Source: an uncultured Acidobacteriota bacterium (GTDB taxonomy: Bacteria > Acidobacteriota > Thermoanaerobaculia > UBA5066 > DATFVB01). Taken from it: a stretch of 64,000 nt of DNA. Below, piece after piece: positions 61,676-64,000 of this stretch. The notes under the pieces were generated by a model that worked only from the letters and a program-made list of their open reading frames with translations, was not told where the DNA came from and made no database searches. How positions within the stretch are numbered: the stretch's first letter is position 1; each line of letters starts with the position of its first letter. The stretch spans positions 640,001-704,000 of the forward strand of contig CAWEYG010000002.1 of assembly GCA_963813155.1 (NCBI GenBank). The letters run 5' to 3'. A program made the translations under genes and the position numbers.

Positions 61676-62353
61676 TCAGTTTGAATTTTCGTCGAGCATG
61701 TACCCGGATCCGCGGATCGTGTGGATCAGCTTCTTGTCCGACACTCTCTCGATGTTCCGGCGGAGCCGGTTGACGTACACCTCGATGAGGTTGGAGAACG
61801 GGTCGAATTCCTCGTTCCAGACGTGATCGGCGATTTCCGCCCGGCCGACCACGCGCCCCGCATTTCGAGCGAGATACTCGAGCAGAGCGTATTCCTTCGT
61901 CGTGAGCGCGATCGGCGAGGAGTCGATCCGGACGCGGTGCGAACGCGTGTCGATTTCGAGCCCGCCGACGGCGAGGACCGCCGCGTGGGTCGGCCCGCCC
62001 CGTCGCAGGAGCGCGCGAAGCCGGGCGAGAAGCTCGGCGAACTGAAACGGCTTCACCAGGTAGTCGTCGGCGCCGGCGTCGAGACCCTGGATCCGATCGG
62101 GGACCGTGTCGCGGGCCGTCAGCATCAGGATCGGTACGTTGACGTTTTCCGCGCGGAGGCGGCGGGCGACCTCCATGCCGTCCGGGGCAGGGATGATGAC
62201 GTCGAGGACGACCGCGTCGTAGTTGCCGACGCTGGCCTCGTAGAGCGCGGCTTCGCCCGTGGTCACGGTGTCCACGGCGTACGAATTCTCCGTGAGCCCT
62301 TTCCGGATGAAACGGGCGATTTGCGCGTCGTCCTCGACCAGAAGAATTCGCAT
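61676..62353 (-). CDS. OmpR-family response regulator (CusR/CopR-like)
   Basis: MRILLVEDD, GADDYLVKPF, SNLIEVYV.RLR, IHTIRG.GY. Confidence 0.93.
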   Translation of the reverse strand: MRILLVEDDAQIARFIRKGLTENSYAVDTVTTGEAALYEASVGNYDAVVLDVIIPAPDGMEVARRLRAENVNVPILMLTARDTVPDRIQGLDAGADDYLVKPFQFAELLARLRALLRRGGPTHAAVLAVGGLEIDTRSHRVRIDSSPIALTTKEYALLEYLARNAGRVVGRAEIADHVWNEEFDPFSNLIEVYVNRLRRNIERVSDKKLIHTIRGSGYMLDENSN

Positions 62354-62374
62354 CGCGCTGAGACTAAGCCGGCG

Positions 62375-62392
62375 AGATAAACGGAAGATGAA
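62375..62392. promoter_or_regulatory. OmpR-type direct repeat AGATAAA-N4-AGATGAA
   Basis: 11-bp periodic repeat in the divergent regulator/porin promoter. Confidence 0.45.
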
Positions 62393-62471
62393 TCACGCGA
62401 TCTCCCGATACACTTCCGCGTGACCGACAAGGGGGTCTCCCATGTTTCTTCACGGCCGCAATCGATTCTTC

Positions 62472-63530
62472 ATGCATCGCCTCGCGCTTGTTCTGGGCTG
62501 CCTGCTGCTCGTGCGCGGCGCGGCCGCTCAGGATCGATCTTACCCGACGGTTCGGCTTTCCGCGTTCGCGGACATCCTCCTCAGCCATTCGACGCGCGCG
62601 GGAACCACGACCTTCGACTCCGGAGAGCTCGATCCTTTCGTGGAGGTCCAGCTTTCGGAGAAGTGGTCCGGAGTCGCGGAGGGACTCGTCCAGCGCCTGG
62701 AAAGGGGCTCGGACACGGACGTTCCCGGGAAACGGCGAATCGAGTTCGACGTCGAGCGGTTCTTCGCCGCTTACAGCCCTTCCGATTCGTTGCGGATCCA
62801 GGTTGGAGAGGTCAGCACCGGCCTCGTCGAATGGAACGAGCGCGAAGAGCTTCCCCGCTTTGTCCAGACTTCGATCGACGTCCCCTCCATCGCCAAGCGG
62901 CAGGAACAGGGAGGCGCCTGGCCGATGCACCTGATCGGCGCGTGGATCTCGGGCAACGTTCCAGGAGCCGCCGGACTTCGTTACGGAGCCGGTGTCGGCG
63001 AAGGCCGCGGCCAGACGCGCGACGATACCGCCCCGCTGACCGGCCCGACGTCGCCCGCGGGATTGCTGTCGCTCTCGTTCGCCCCCGATTCGGTCCACGG
63101 CTTCGAGATCGGAGGAGCGGCGTTCCTCGACGACATTCCGGCGCCCGAAGGAACCTACCGCGAGCTCGACGAGACCGTTTCCACGAGCTACGTCCAGGGG
63201 CCGATCGAGGTCCGGGGGGAGTGGAGCCGGATGAATCACCGGCCGCGATCAGGCGGACCGACTCGCGTCACGCAGGGATGGTACGCCCTGGCCTCCGTGC
63301 GTCTCCCGGGTCGTCTCCAGGAGCTGCGTCCCTACGTCCTGCTCGACTATCTCGACGTCGCGCGAGACGAGCCCTACCTCAAGGACGTCAACGACCAGCG
63401 GGCCTGGGCCGCGGGAGTGCGGTGGGACGCGACAAGCAAGCTCGTCCTCAAGCTCGATTTTCGGTCGCAACGGGCGAGCTCCGCGGAGTTCGAGCGCCGC
63501 GTTCGCCTGCAAGTGGCGGTCGCCTTTTGA
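62472..63530 (+). CDS. Outer-membrane porin-like beta-barrel
   Basis: Signal peptide; FDVER...Y, GVRWD, LKLDF, C-terminal AVAF. Confidence 0.75.
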   Translation: MHRLALVLGCLLLVRGAAAQDRSYPTVRLSAFADILLSHSTRAGTTTFDSGELDPFVEVQLSEKWSGVAEGLVQRLERGSDTDVPGKRRIEFDVERFFAAYSPSDSLRIQVGEVSTGLVEWNEREELPRFVQTSIDVPSIAKRQEQGGAWPMHLIGAWISGNVPGAAGLRYGAGVGEGRGQTRDDTAPLTGPTSPAGLLSLSFAPDSVHGFEIGGAAFLDDIPAPEGTYRELDETVSTSYVQGPIEVRGEWSRMNHRPRSGGPTRVTQGWYALASVRLPGRLQELRPYVLLDYLDVARDEPYLKDVNDQRAWAAGVRWDATSKLVLKLDFRSQRASSAEFERRVRLQVAVAF

Positions 63531-64000
63531 AAATCCCGGCGTGCTGGACCCTGGCCGCCGTCCTGGCGCTCCAGGCCGGCAACGAGAAGCGGCCGGCCGG
63601 CGCGGCACGATCGGACGCTCTGGTTTTCGTGGTTTCGGCGCGGCAGTCGCCGACGAAAGCCGTCTCCTCGGTGGAGCTGCGCCAGATTTTCGCGGGGCGA
63701 GTGACACGCTGGAAAGGCGGCCGGCGGATACTCCTCGCAATGCGGCCCGCCGACGACGCCCGCCGGTCGAGCGTTTTTCGAAGATGCCGTCCGGATGTCC
63801 GATATCGATTTCTCTCGCCTCTGGCTGGGAATCATCTTTCGAGGCGAAGCAATGAGTTCGCCCCGGGTCCTCGAGTCGAAAGACGACGTCGAGAGATTTC
63901 TCGCCCGATCCCCCGATGGTCTCTCGTTTCTTCTCTCGAGCGAGAAAGGGAATGCGGAAAAAGTACAACCTCTCCTCGTCGACGGCCTCTCGCCGAACGA
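63527..64000 (+). CDS. PstS-like periplasmic binding-fold protein (partial, frameshift near 63755)
   Basis: Manual translation from TTG 63527: LVFVV...ELRQIFAGRVTRW.GG..I; shifted frame W..IIFRGEA..P...DV.RFLA..P.GL.F...LLVDG. Confidence 0.65.
   Translation, partial: MKIPACWTLAAVLALQAGNEKRPAGAARSDALVFVVSARQSPTKAVSSVELRQIFAGRVTRWKGGRRILLAMRPADDARRSSVFRRCRPDVRYRFLSPLAGNHLSRRSNEFAPGPRVERRRREISRPIPRWSLVSSLERERECGKSTTSPRRRPLAER

Overview
High-GC bacterial chromosomal window. Gene content and one conserved secreted domain suggest Acidobacteriota, probably Thermoanaerobaculia-like (inference). About a dozen otherwise intact genes carry single frameshifts, most likely long-read assembly indels. From left to right: a kinase-like fragment, mltG, ruvX and a fused 2-oxoacid dehydrogenase E1; a small vapBC islet; xerC; and sodC. 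Next comes a putative metal-responsive operon led by a Cys-rich, Pro-tailed leader ORF with an SD-sequestering hairpin (CutF/CruR-like), encoding a porin, a His/Cys membrane protein, an FMN-bind-like protein, a rhodanese, MauE/DoxX, a cytochrome c and gluQ. Then an M28 peptidase; a Fur/FTR1/porin/cytochrome c iron module with matching palindromic operators; tyrS; a secreted CuA-like cupredoxin fusion; an orphan pilT; an IS30 inserted in a REP doublet; and a SAM-I riboswitch-controlled yitJ-metH operon. A ~14 kb signalling island follows, bracketed by GGDEF and EAL genes with candidate sigma-54 promoters. After it lie an amidohydrolase, a cytochrome c, a dehydratase, a giant CPBP protease, redoxins and an M28-PDZ peptidase. 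The window ends in a phosphoesterase-rich locus with a two-component system, a porin and a PstS-like protein. Most notable: the leader-controlled envelope redox/metal operon, two apparent GTA start codons in GTAG stop/start overlaps, and the REP-targeted IS30.
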